Source: an uncultured archaeon
GTDB lineage: Archaea; Altiarchaeota; Altiarchaeia; JAFGQM01
Length of the DNA stretch: 64,000 nt
Assembly (NCBI GenBank): GCA_964619365.1
Contig: CAZUDQ010000001.1
Span: forward strand, 118,503-182,502
Reading direction: 5' to 3'
Shown here: piece by piece, positions 57,835-64,000 of the stretch
Layout of the letters: every line of letters starts with the position of its first letter
Numbering within the stretch: position 1 is the first letter of the stretch
Program-made: the position numbers and the translations under genes
Notes under the pieces: generated by a model
Seen by the model: only the letters and a program-made list of their open reading frames with translations
Databases searched by the model: none
What the model was told of the DNA's origin: nothing

Positions 57835-58368
57835 TTATTCTGCCTTTGGCTCTTCTACTGGAGCTTCAGGGGCTACTGCTTCTGGAGCGGGAGTTGGTGC
57901 AGGGGTTTCTTCTTTTGGAGCTTCCTGTGCAGGCTCTTTTGGAGCGGCTTCTGCAGGGGATTTTGCTGCTGGCTCTTCTACTGGAGCTTCAGGGGCTGCT
58001 GCCTCTGGCGCTGGTGCTTCTGGCGCTGGTGCGGGAGATTCTTCTTTTGGAGCAGGAGTTGGTGCAGGGGTTTCTTCTTTTGGGGCTTCTGGCTCTTTTG
58101 TGCGCTTAGCATGATATCCAAGTTCTATTTTGTCCATTATCTCCTTAGACTCATAAATTCTAGCCGTTCCTTTTGTCAGGTTAGACCCTGTTTGCTGGTC
58201 CACCTTAGTGATTACGGTTAGTTCCGGCTTTCCTTTTGCGGCCTTTGCAACGGCGTCTTTTATTACCGTGCGCGCTGGCGTTACTTTTTCTACTACTGAG
58301 AATTCAATCTCTTTCCTGCCAAAACAGGGATTGGTCTCATTTTTGATTATCTCGATATTCATTTTCAA
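57835..58368 (-). CDS. rps24e: 30S ribosomal protein S24e with a ~80-aa Pro/Ala/Glu-rich C-terminal extension
   Basis: The N-terminal ~100 aa (MKMNIEIIKNETNPCFGRKEIEFSV...YHAKRTK) match S24e. The tail is PEAPKEETPAPTPAPKEESPAPAPEAPAPEAAAPEAPVEEP... with internal DNA duplications. Confidence 0.75.
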   Translation of the reverse strand: MKMNIEIIKNETNPCFGRKEIEFSVVEKVTPARTVIKDAVAKAAKGKPELTVITKVDQQTGSNLTKGTARIYESKEIMDKIELGYHAKRTKEPEAPKEETPAPTPAPKEESPAPAPEAPAPEAAAPEAPVEEPAAKSPAEAAPKEPAQEAPKEETPAPTPAPEAVAPEAPVEEPKAE

Positions 58369-58373
58369 GTTTT

Positions 58374-58898
58374 TTAAAGTGATTCAAGGCGTGAAGCTAT
58401 GTCTTCGAAGACAGACTTTATTTTTCGATTGACAAGTATTAAAATCGCGCCGTTGCCCGGGGGGTGCCCATATACTATCCAGCTTCCTTCCGGAGCCGCG
58501 ATGACAGCGGGTATTGTCAGGAGGTCTTCTTCGCCTGTTACTTTAAGGCTTATAGGACCTTTTGACGATGCTGCGGCGATGACTGCATTATATGCCTCAC
58601 GCGTTATTATTCCCGCAGGATTTGTTATTACCCTTGGCTCTGCATAACTGCTAAGGCGTTCGATTCGCACGTCATGGCATGGCGCGCGCCGGGTTTGTCC
58701 GTCCCAGATTATAAGACTTGGAGAAATACCGCGCTTAATGAGTGCAGAAGACACATAGTCTCCTATAGTTATAACGTTGGACTCGTCGTCCCGCAAGCGG
58801 TTTGCGATTTCCTCGCATTCAAGAACGGGGCCATAGGGCTGCGCAAGTTCTGCCCTCATTTCTTCAGGCAGGCGAAACCCATTGGCATGATTTGCCAT
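58374..58898 (-). CDS. DUF359 / GTP-dependent dephospho-CoA kinase (archaeal CoA biosynthesis)
   Basis: VITIGDYVSSALIKRGISPSLIIWDGQTRR and the downstream GhPPG-like segment match the COG1909 family. Confidence 0.65.
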   Translation of the reverse strand: MANHANGFRLPEEMRAELAQPYGPVLECEEIANRLRDDESNVITIGDYVSSALIKRGISPSLIIWDGQTRRAPCHDVRIERLSSYAEPRVITNPAGIITREAYNAVIAAASSKGPISLKVTGEEDLLTIPAVIAAPEGSWIVYGHPPGNGAILILVNRKIKSVFEDIASRLESL

Positions 58899-58926
58899 AA
58901 AATAATTTCTAAGGTTCTTTTCGAGC

Positions 58927-59106
58927 TTAGATTTTTAAGGCGTAGACTCCTTTTTCGGGGATATCCATCTCCTTTGCAATCTTGCTCTTCTCTGGATCTA
59001 CGACTGCAGCCTTTCCACTCCAGTCGCGCGTTAAAGGAACATTACAGTGTGGGCATATTTGCGCTTCTCCGTACACCCGTCCGCATTTGTGGCATGCAAG
59101 GTCCAT
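58927..59106 (-). CDS. spt4: Transcription elongation factor Spt4 (RpoE'' zinc-ribbon subunit), 59 aa; below the ORF-track cutoff
   Basis: Minus-strand translation MDLACHKCGRVYGEAQICPHCNVPLTRDWSGKAAVVDPEKSKIAKEMDIPEKGVYALKI (C4 zinc ribbon). Its ATG directly abuts the Rpo7 stop, the conserved rpoE-spt4 pairing. Coordinates +/-1 nt. Confidence 0.65.
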   Translation of the reverse strand: MDLACHKCGRVYGEAQICPHCNVPLTRDWSGKAAVVDPEKSKIAKEMDIPEKGVYALKI

Positions 59107-59235
59107 TTACTTTTTAGCCTCCTTTTTGGGTGCTCCCTTTCCTTTGGGTGCTTCCTTTCCTTTGGGAGCTTCCTTTCCTTTGGGAGCTTCTTTTCCTTTG
59201 AGTGCTTCCTTTTCTTTGGGAGCTTCCTTTCCGGG
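59107..59235. repeat. 18-bp tandem repeats (tcctttgggagcttcctt x ~6) encoding the Rpo7 KGKEAP tail
   Basis: Visible periodicity cctttcctttgggtgcttcctttcctttgggagcttcctttcctttgggagc... Confidence 0.8.
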
Positions 59236-59778
59236 TTTTTTTGCCTCTTGATCTAGCCAGTCAAGGGCACCAAGACCTGGTTGGCGCATCGTAAGGCCGA
59301 TTTTTGTGTCAAGGAGTGTTGACTTCTTGCTTATTGTAACAACACGCGTTCGCACGACATCACCAAGTTTTAGGGTGTGGTTTGACTCTTTGCCGTTAAA
59401 TTGCTGTTCTTTCTCATTATAGCTGACAAAGTCTTCCATTATCTGGGAAACGTGAACAAGTCCGTCAATCGGACCCATTGAAATAAAGGCTCCAAACTCT
59501 GCAATCTCTTTAAACTCACCGTCGACAATCTCCTGAAGCTTCGGGCGATATGTCAGCATTGTAAACTTCGTATCATAATATGCACCGCCATCGCCCTGTA
59601 TGATTTCACTTTCTCCAATCTCCTGAACGTCAATTGCGGCAACTATTACCCCCATCTCGGGGTCCATCCTTCCAACGTACTCTTTATCGAGAATCTCCTT
59701 CATGCTCTTGACAGGGTCAAGACCAAACATTTTGGGAGGTACTCTCACAGAGTCTCTAAGCTCTACTTTGTAATACAT
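59107..59778 (-). CDS. rpoE: DNA-directed RNA polymerase subunit E' (Rpo7) with S1 domain and a C-terminal KGKEAP-repeat tail
   Basis: MYYKVELRDSVRVPPKMFG...GRMDPEMGVIV (Rpb7 N domain), then an S1 fold (GDVVRTRVVTISK). The tail is KGKEAPKGKEAPKGKEAPKGKGAPKKEAKK, encoded by 18-bp tandem DNA repeats. Confidence 0.85.
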   Translation of the reverse strand: MYYKVELRDSVRVPPKMFGLDPVKSMKEILDKEYVGRMDPEMGVIVAAIDVQEIGESEIIQGDGGAYYDTKFTMLTYRPKLQEIVDGEFKEIAEFGAFISMGPIDGLVHVSQIMEDFVSYNEKEQQFNGKESNHTLKLGDVVRTRVVTISKKSTLLDTKIGLTMRQPGLGALDWLDQEAKKPGKEAPKEKEALKGKEAPKGKEAPKGKEAPKGKGAPKKEAKK

Positions 59779-59860
59779 TTTTAGATAGCTCAGTCTAAGT
59801 AGAATTAAGCGTTTATTTAGAAAAGGGCGGTTTAAAAATAAAAGGGTGCCCGCGCGAGTA

Positions 59861-60178
59861 TTAAAACTCGGGCGGATTTATCCCAACAAGGGTTATTTCA
59901 AAGATTAGAGTCTTGCCTGCCATGGGGTGCGGTCCGCTTGTCCCGTAGGCTTTTTCGGGGGGCAATTCTGCAGTCTTTGACTCGCCAAGTCCCATGCCAA
60001 GAACAGCTTCTTCAAAACCAGGTATCATCTGCCCTGCGCCAAGCTCGAAAACAAGAGGGTCACGCCCCTGGCTTGAATCAAATACTTCACCGTCAGTAAA
60101 CTTACCTGTGTAGTCGACCTCAACAATATCACCTTTCTTTGCGATTTCGTCCATTTTATTTGTTGGCGATATTTCCAA
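59861..60178 (-). CDS. FKBP-type peptidyl-prolyl cis-trans isomerase (short SlyD/FKBP12-like, 105 aa)
   Basis: VDYTGKFTDGEVFDSS...FELGAGQMIPGFEEAVLGM...LIFEITLVGI. Confidence 0.8.
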   Translation of the reverse strand: MEISPTNKMDEIAKKGDIVEVDYTGKFTDGEVFDSSQGRDPLVFELGAGQMIPGFEEAVLGMGLGESKTAELPPEKAYGTSGPHPMAGKTLIFEITLVGINPPEF

Positions 60179-60198
60179 AAAAGACTATAAAAATCAAA

Positions 60199-62319
60199 TT
60201 AAAGAGGTATGCCATGAATCATGATTACAACACCTGCAAATACTATCGAAATCATGGACATCAATTTTATGAGGATATCGATGCTGGGGCCTGCCGTATC
60301 CTTAAATGGGTCACCGATGGTGTCGCCAATCACTGATGCCTTGTGGCTGTCACTGCCTTTACCTCCATAGTTGCCATCTTCGATGAACTTTTTGGCATTA
60401 TCCCAGGCGCCGCCTGAATTCGCCATGAATATTGCCATGACAATCCCTGTGACAAGAGCTCCGGCAAGAAGTGCGACAACAGCTGATGGCCCCAGTAAGA
60501 TTCCTATGACAAGAGGGGATGCAAGGGCGACAATTGCAGGAGGTATCATTTCTTTTTCTGCGGCTTTTGTTGATATTTCGACGCAACGGGCATAATCAGG
60601 TTCGGCTTTGCCTTCCATAAGGCCTTTTATCTCCTTGAACTGACGCCTGACTTCCTCAACTATGCCGCCTGCAGCCTTTCCAACTGATTTCATGAGCATT
60701 GACGAAAAGAAAAAGGGAAGTGCGCCGCCTATGAACAGGCATATCATGATAATAGGGTTTGAAAGGCTTAAGTCCATTGGAACAGAAACTGCCATCTCAC
60801 CTGAGACTACACTTATGTGTGAAGTATATGCGGCAAGAAGCGCCATTGCAGTTAACGCCGCAGAACCTATGGCAAAGCCTTTTCCAGTAGCCGCAGTCGT
60901 ATTTCCAAGCGCGTCAAGAGCATCAGTCCTCTTTCTGACTATTGGCAGCTGCTTAGTCATCTCGGCAATCCCTCCTGCGTTATCTGCAACCGGGCCATAT
61001 GCGTCTGTTGCAAGGGTTATTCCAAGTGTTGAAAGCATTCCGACTGCCGCAATACCAATACCATAAAGCCCCATCATCGGGTTTTCTGCGCCGCCTGAAA
61101 GGGTATAAGAAACAAAGATTGCAAGAGCAAGGACTATCACAACAGAAAATGTTGATTCCATGCCAGTTGCAAGACCGCTTATGATAACTGTTGCAGGACC
61201 TGTTTTGGCGTGTTCTGCAATCTTTTGAGTCGGGCCGTATTTATGCGAGGTGAAATATTCACTTATTATTCCAATAAAGATTCCCGCCGCAAGACCCGCA
61301 AGGACTGCAGCATATATCCCAAACCAATAAACTGGACCCATTATGAAATAGATTACTGGTGCCGAGAATATCGCAATAAGTATTGCTGCAACATATATAC
61401 CCCTCCTTAGCGCCCAAAGAAGGCTGTGCTGGGTTGCGTCCTCTTTTGCCTTTATGAAAAATGCGCCGATTATTGAAGCGAATGCGCCGATTGCCGCTAT
61501 TACAAGAGGTACTGAAAGGGCTTCTAAGGAAAGACCCGCTACGGCAAAAGCAGTTGTTCCAAGAGCCATTGCAGCAACAAGAGAACCAATATAGGATTCA
61601 AAAAGGTCGGCTCCGAGTCCTGCTACATCACCTACATTATCCCCGACGTTGTCTGCTATTACTGCAGGGTTTCTCGGGTCGTCTTCAGGGATGCCGCACT
61701 CGACTTTTCCAACAAGGTCTGCTCCGACATCTGCTGCCTTTGTATATATCCCGCCGCCGACTCTTGCAAAAAGCGCCATGGCCGAAGCACCCATACCAAA
61801 AGTAAGCATGGTTGTTGTAAGGGCTTCAAGGCTGGCAGGATCCGTTGCCCCCCCGCCAAGTGCCATTAAAAGATAGTACCAGATGGATAAGTCTAGAAGA
61901 GCAAAGCCAACAACACAAAGACCCATAACAGCACCTGATGAAAAGGCTACGTTAAGACCGTCATTAAGGCTTTTTGTGCAAGCATGAGTAGTCCTGACAT
62001 TTGCCTTTGTCGCAACACGCATGCCGACATATCCTGCGAGCGCCGAAAAGAACCCACCTGTAAGGAATGCGAAAGGCACATAGATTGTTACAGCATTTGC
62101 AAAAGAGAGTAGTATTAGGACTATAAACATCAGAAAGAAGAAGACGCCGACTGTCTTATACTGCTGGCGTATGTATGTTCTTGCACCGAGTTTTATCGCA
62201 TCTGAGATATGCACCATCTCATCTGTGCCTTTTTCTTCCTTAACCACGCGCAAATAGAAATAAAGTGCGAAAAGAAGGGAAACAACTGAACCTACTGGAG
62301 CAAGCCATAAGATATCCAT
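60199..62319 (-). CDS. hppA: Membrane-bound H+/Na+-translocating pyrophosphatase
   Basis: 706 aa and ~16 TM helices, with [29 protein letters not shown] and [11 protein letters not shown] signatures. Confidence 0.9.
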   Translation of the reverse strand: MDILWLAPVGSVVSLLFALYFYLRVVKEEKGTDEMVHISDAIKLGARTYIRQQYKTVGVFFFLMFIVLILLSFANAVTIYVPFAFLTGGFFSALAGYVGMRVATKANVRTTHACTKSLNDGLNVAFSSGAVMGLCVVGFALLDLSIWYYLLMALGGGATDPASLEALTTTMLTFGMGASAMALFARVGGGIYTKAADVGADLVGKVECGIPEDDPRNPAVIADNVGDNVGDVAGLGADLFESYIGSLVAAMALGTTAFAVAGLSLEALSVPLVIAAIGAFASIIGAFFIKAKEDATQHSLLWALRRGIYVAAILIAIFSAPVIYFIMGPVYWFGIYAAVLAGLAAGIFIGIISEYFTSHKYGPTQKIAEHAKTGPATVIISGLATGMESTFSVVIVLALAIFVSYTLSGGAENPMMGLYGIGIAAVGMLSTLGITLATDAYGPVADNAGGIAEMTKQLPIVRKRTDALDALGNTTAATGKGFAIGSAALTAMALLAAYTSHISVVSGEMAVSVPMDLSLSNPIIMICLFIGGALPFFFSSMLMKSVGKAAGGIVEEVRRQFKEIKGLMEGKAEPDYARCVEISTKAAEKEMIPPAIVALASPLVIGILLGPSAVVALLAGALVTGIVMAIFMANSGGAWDNAKKFIEDGNYGGKGSDSHKASVIGDTIGDPFKDTAGPSIDILIKLMSMISIVFAGVVIMIHGIPL

Positions 62320-62519
62320 TTAACACCATTTTCGAGCCAAATAATCGGAAAAACTGGCAAAGGTTACCTCTAAGGGTCATTATGATATTTCCCCGGGTTA
62401 GGCGCCTTTGTCGCTTTTTGTTCTGACTCATAACGCCGAATGACGGCTGTTTTGTAGAAATTTAATGTCAGCCTTAATAAAAATACATAGGGTACATGGG
62501 TGTATACCTAAGTACTAGT

Positions 62520-62927
62520 CTACTCTATTGCGAGCTTGCATCTACCCCTTACAAAGATAGTTTTTACCCCTTCCTTTCGTGCTTCCTTCCTTAGACGGGA
62601 ATCGTTTGTCGCAATTATTGCGTAGGGTCTTTCGCGGGCATAAGCGATTATGGCTTCATCAGCCCTTCCATCGGCTCGGCCGGGGGCATCGATTATTTTG
62701 ACGTTTTGGGCCATCTGGAGAGCTAGCTTTGCCTGAACCTTTTGCTCGCCTTTGCCGCGGGTACTAAGGCGCTCAAGCTCGCTGACAACGGGAGTAAGCG
62801 TCACAATTTCAGAAGGGCCGTCAACAAGGAGTCTGCTTTCGGTTATGATATCAAGCCGCAACTGAAATGGGGTAAAGAAGAAATTCGTGTCAAAGATTAT
62901 CTGTTTTGTTTTCTTTCCCTCGTCCAT
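62520..62927 (-). CDS. PIN-domain protein (Fcf1/NOB1-like putative ribonuclease)
   Basis: IIFDTNFF...DEAIIAYAR...ATNDSRL acidic residues in PIN spacing. The ORF-track extension to 63110 overlaps trmI and is probably not translated. Confidence 0.55.
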   Translation of the reverse strand: MDEGKKTKQIIFDTNFFFTPFQLRLDIITESRLLVDGPSEIVTLTPVVSELERLSTRGKGEQKVQAKLALQMAQNVKIIDAPGRADGRADEAIIAYARERPYAIIATNDSRLRKEARKEGVKTIFVRGRCKLAIE

Positions 62928-62938
62928 ATTCACTTTTC

Positions 62939-63760
62939 TTATTCTTTGGTACTTGTCTTTTGTGCAGGTTCTTCTGTAGGCTGCTCGCCAAGCTTCCTTG
63001 TGATTGGTTCTTCTGTAGGCTGCTCGCCAAGCTTCCTTGTGATTGTTACAAAGCCTGTGTGCCCAACCATTCTTGTCTTTGGACGCACCCTTTGTTCTGA
63101 GACTTCCCATTCCCTAAGGAGAATTTCAATTGTTTCAGTCTGCCAGAATCCTTGCGGGAGTCCTGTGACAAACTTTTTTACCTGTTCGATTGAAGGGGAA
63201 TACGCGACAAGATGCCCTCCGAATTTAAGCTTTTTGTATGCGTCTTCTGAAACCATCCATGGTTCGGGGAGGTCAAGAATTACTGCGTCAAGGTCGTCTT
63301 CTTCTATACCGTCATAGACGCTCTTGTTATGCATTGTAACACAATCCATTAAATCTGCTTCTTCAATGTGCGACTTAGATTCTTTAAAATGGTCTTCGCG
63401 AATCTCGTAAGTGTATATCTTTCCTTCGGGAGATACCGTGTTTGCTAGCATCATTGTCATTCCGGCAACACCAGTTCCCGCCTCAACAACACGCGAACCT
63501 GAGCGAAGACCACATAAGCCTATTATAATGGCCGAATCTTTTGGATATATTATCTGGGCGCTTTTTTGCATCTTTTCTATGAAGTCGACAACAGTCGGAG
63601 ATACTATGTTAAACGGAGCTCCTGTGTGGCTTCTTACATATCCACCATAATCGATTGCTTCAAGATCTTTTTGAGAAATTACACCGTAGTGTGTGTGCAG
63701 GTCTTTTCCTTCTTCAACAAGCTGGCGCTTGCCTTTTTTGTCAATCAAAAGTTTTTTCAT
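62939..63760 (-). CDS. trmI: tRNA (adenine57/58-N1)-methyltransferase TrmI (Gcd14 family) with a duplicated acidic C-terminal tail
   Basis: SAM-binding VVEAGTGVAGMTMMLA and TrmI catalytic-core pattern. The tail ..TRKLGEQPTEEPITRKLGEQPTEEPAQ comes from a 39-bp perfect tandem duplication. Confidence 0.8.
   Translation of the reverse strand: MKKLLIDKKGKRQLVEEGKDLHTHYGVISQKDLEAIDYGGYVRSHTGAPFNIVSPTVVDFIEKMQKSAQIIYPKDSAIIIGLCGLRSGSRVVEAGTGVAGMTMMLANTVSPEGKIYTYEIREDHFKESKSHIEEADLMDCVTMHNKSVYDGIEEDDLDAVILDLPEPWMVSEDAYKKLKFGGHLVAYSPSIEQVKKFVTGLPQGFWQTETIEILLREWEVSEQRVRPKTRMVGHTGFVTITRKLGEQPTEEPITRKLGEQPTEEPAQKTSTKE
62969..63046. repeat. Perfect 39-bp tandem duplication inside the trmI 3' end
   Basis: ttcttctgtaggctgctcgccaagcttccttgtgattg occurs twice back to back. 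Confidence 0.85.
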
Positions 63761-63793
63761 TGTGGGCTTATTTCCATAGTCGAAGTATTAAAC

Positions 63794-63976
63794 CTACCAT
63801 CTCTTTTCAACGCCAAGCTCGCGGTCAATTTCTGCTGCGACTTTCCTCATCCTCTCAAAACAGCGCTGTGCATCTCGCATCATTTCTGAAACTGTATCTT
63901 CAAGGCAAGTATCACGAAGAACGTACTTTCGCCCTTCTCCCTGGCGCACAAGACCTGATGCGCTGAATTTCTTCAT
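63794..63976 (-). CDS. Hypothetical small protein (60 aa)
   Basis: Only an open frame at the window edge (MKKFSASGLVRQGEGRKYVLRDTCLEDTV...). No recognizable motif. Confidence 0.25.
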   Translation of the reverse strand: MKKFSASGLVRQGEGRKYVLRDTCLEDTVSEMMRDAQRCFERMRKVAAEIDRELGVEKRW

Positions 63977-64000
63977 GTGAAAAAGTACAGCCCCGCGAGT

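Noticed and set aside
57788-58114. Gly/Ala/Ser-rich plus-strand ORFs (108 and 87 aa) and 58982-59256 Phe/Leu/Ser-rich ORFs
   Set aside because: These are reverse-complement readings of the low-complexity S24e and Rpo7 tails. They are repeat-driven open frames, not genes.
62928-63110. N-terminal 61-aa extension of the PIN ORF (contains a tandemly repeated HKEAWRAAYRRT)
   Set aside because: The extension overlaps the trmI 3' end and its internal repeat is just the other-frame reading of the trmI 39-bp duplication. The internal Met (MDEGKK...) gives a normal PIN-domain start.

Overview
This window looks like about 64 kb of an archaeal chromosome. The archaeal signal is unambiguous: TFE, Spt4, Rpo7/RpoE', RpoF, aTrm56, class I LysRS, ribosomal proteins L37e/L21e/L10e/S24e/S27ae, ABCE1, AglB/STT3 with WWDYG, and class III (pilin-type) signal peptides. 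Coding density is about 90%. I saw no rRNA, tRNA, CRISPR array or transposase. There are three blocks. (1) 1-5904: three tandem minus-strand genes with type IV pilin-like signal peptides that share a Cys-rich N-terminal module. Two of them are giant multi-domain adhesins (GLUG-like repeats, beta-helix-like region, four LamG-like domains, three dockerin-like Ca-binding repeats). (2) 5943-33550: housekeeping genes (LigT, FtsY, L37e, S2P protease, TFE, aTrm56, lysC-asd-lysK, RadB, CDC48, a divergent FtsZ/tubulin homolog, IPS plus CDP-alcohol phosphatidyltransferase, a dapA-dapB-dapL-dapF-lysA operon, DUF655-RpoF-L21e, a P-type ATPase, L10e). (3) 33695-55098: a ~21 kb protein N-glycosylation / surface-glycan locus. 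It encodes a WbpA/B/E/D-type UDP-2,3-diacetamido-uronic acid pathway, an embedded LmbE deacetylase / ATP-grasp ligase / PHP phosphoesterase trio, a CDP-glucose pathway (rfbF, frameshifted rfbG, 4-reductase/epimerase), GT4/GT4/GT2 transferases, an AsnB-like amidotransferase without the Cys nucleophile, a Wzx flippase, an AglH-type GlcNAc-1-P transferase, and a 1232-aa AglB oligosaccharyltransferase fused at its C-terminus to an FKBP prolyl isomerase domain and an 8-Cys domain. That fusion is the most unusual feature. After it come ABCE1, S27ae, S24e with a PAPE-rich tail, DUF359 dephospho-CoA kinase, Spt4, Rpo7 with a KGKEAP-repeat tail, a standalone FKBP, H+/Na+-pyrophosphatase, a PIN protein and TrmI with a duplicated tail. 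The 41.0-48.0 kb part of the glycan locus is distinctly AT-richer than its surroundings, which suggests a laterally acquired cassette.
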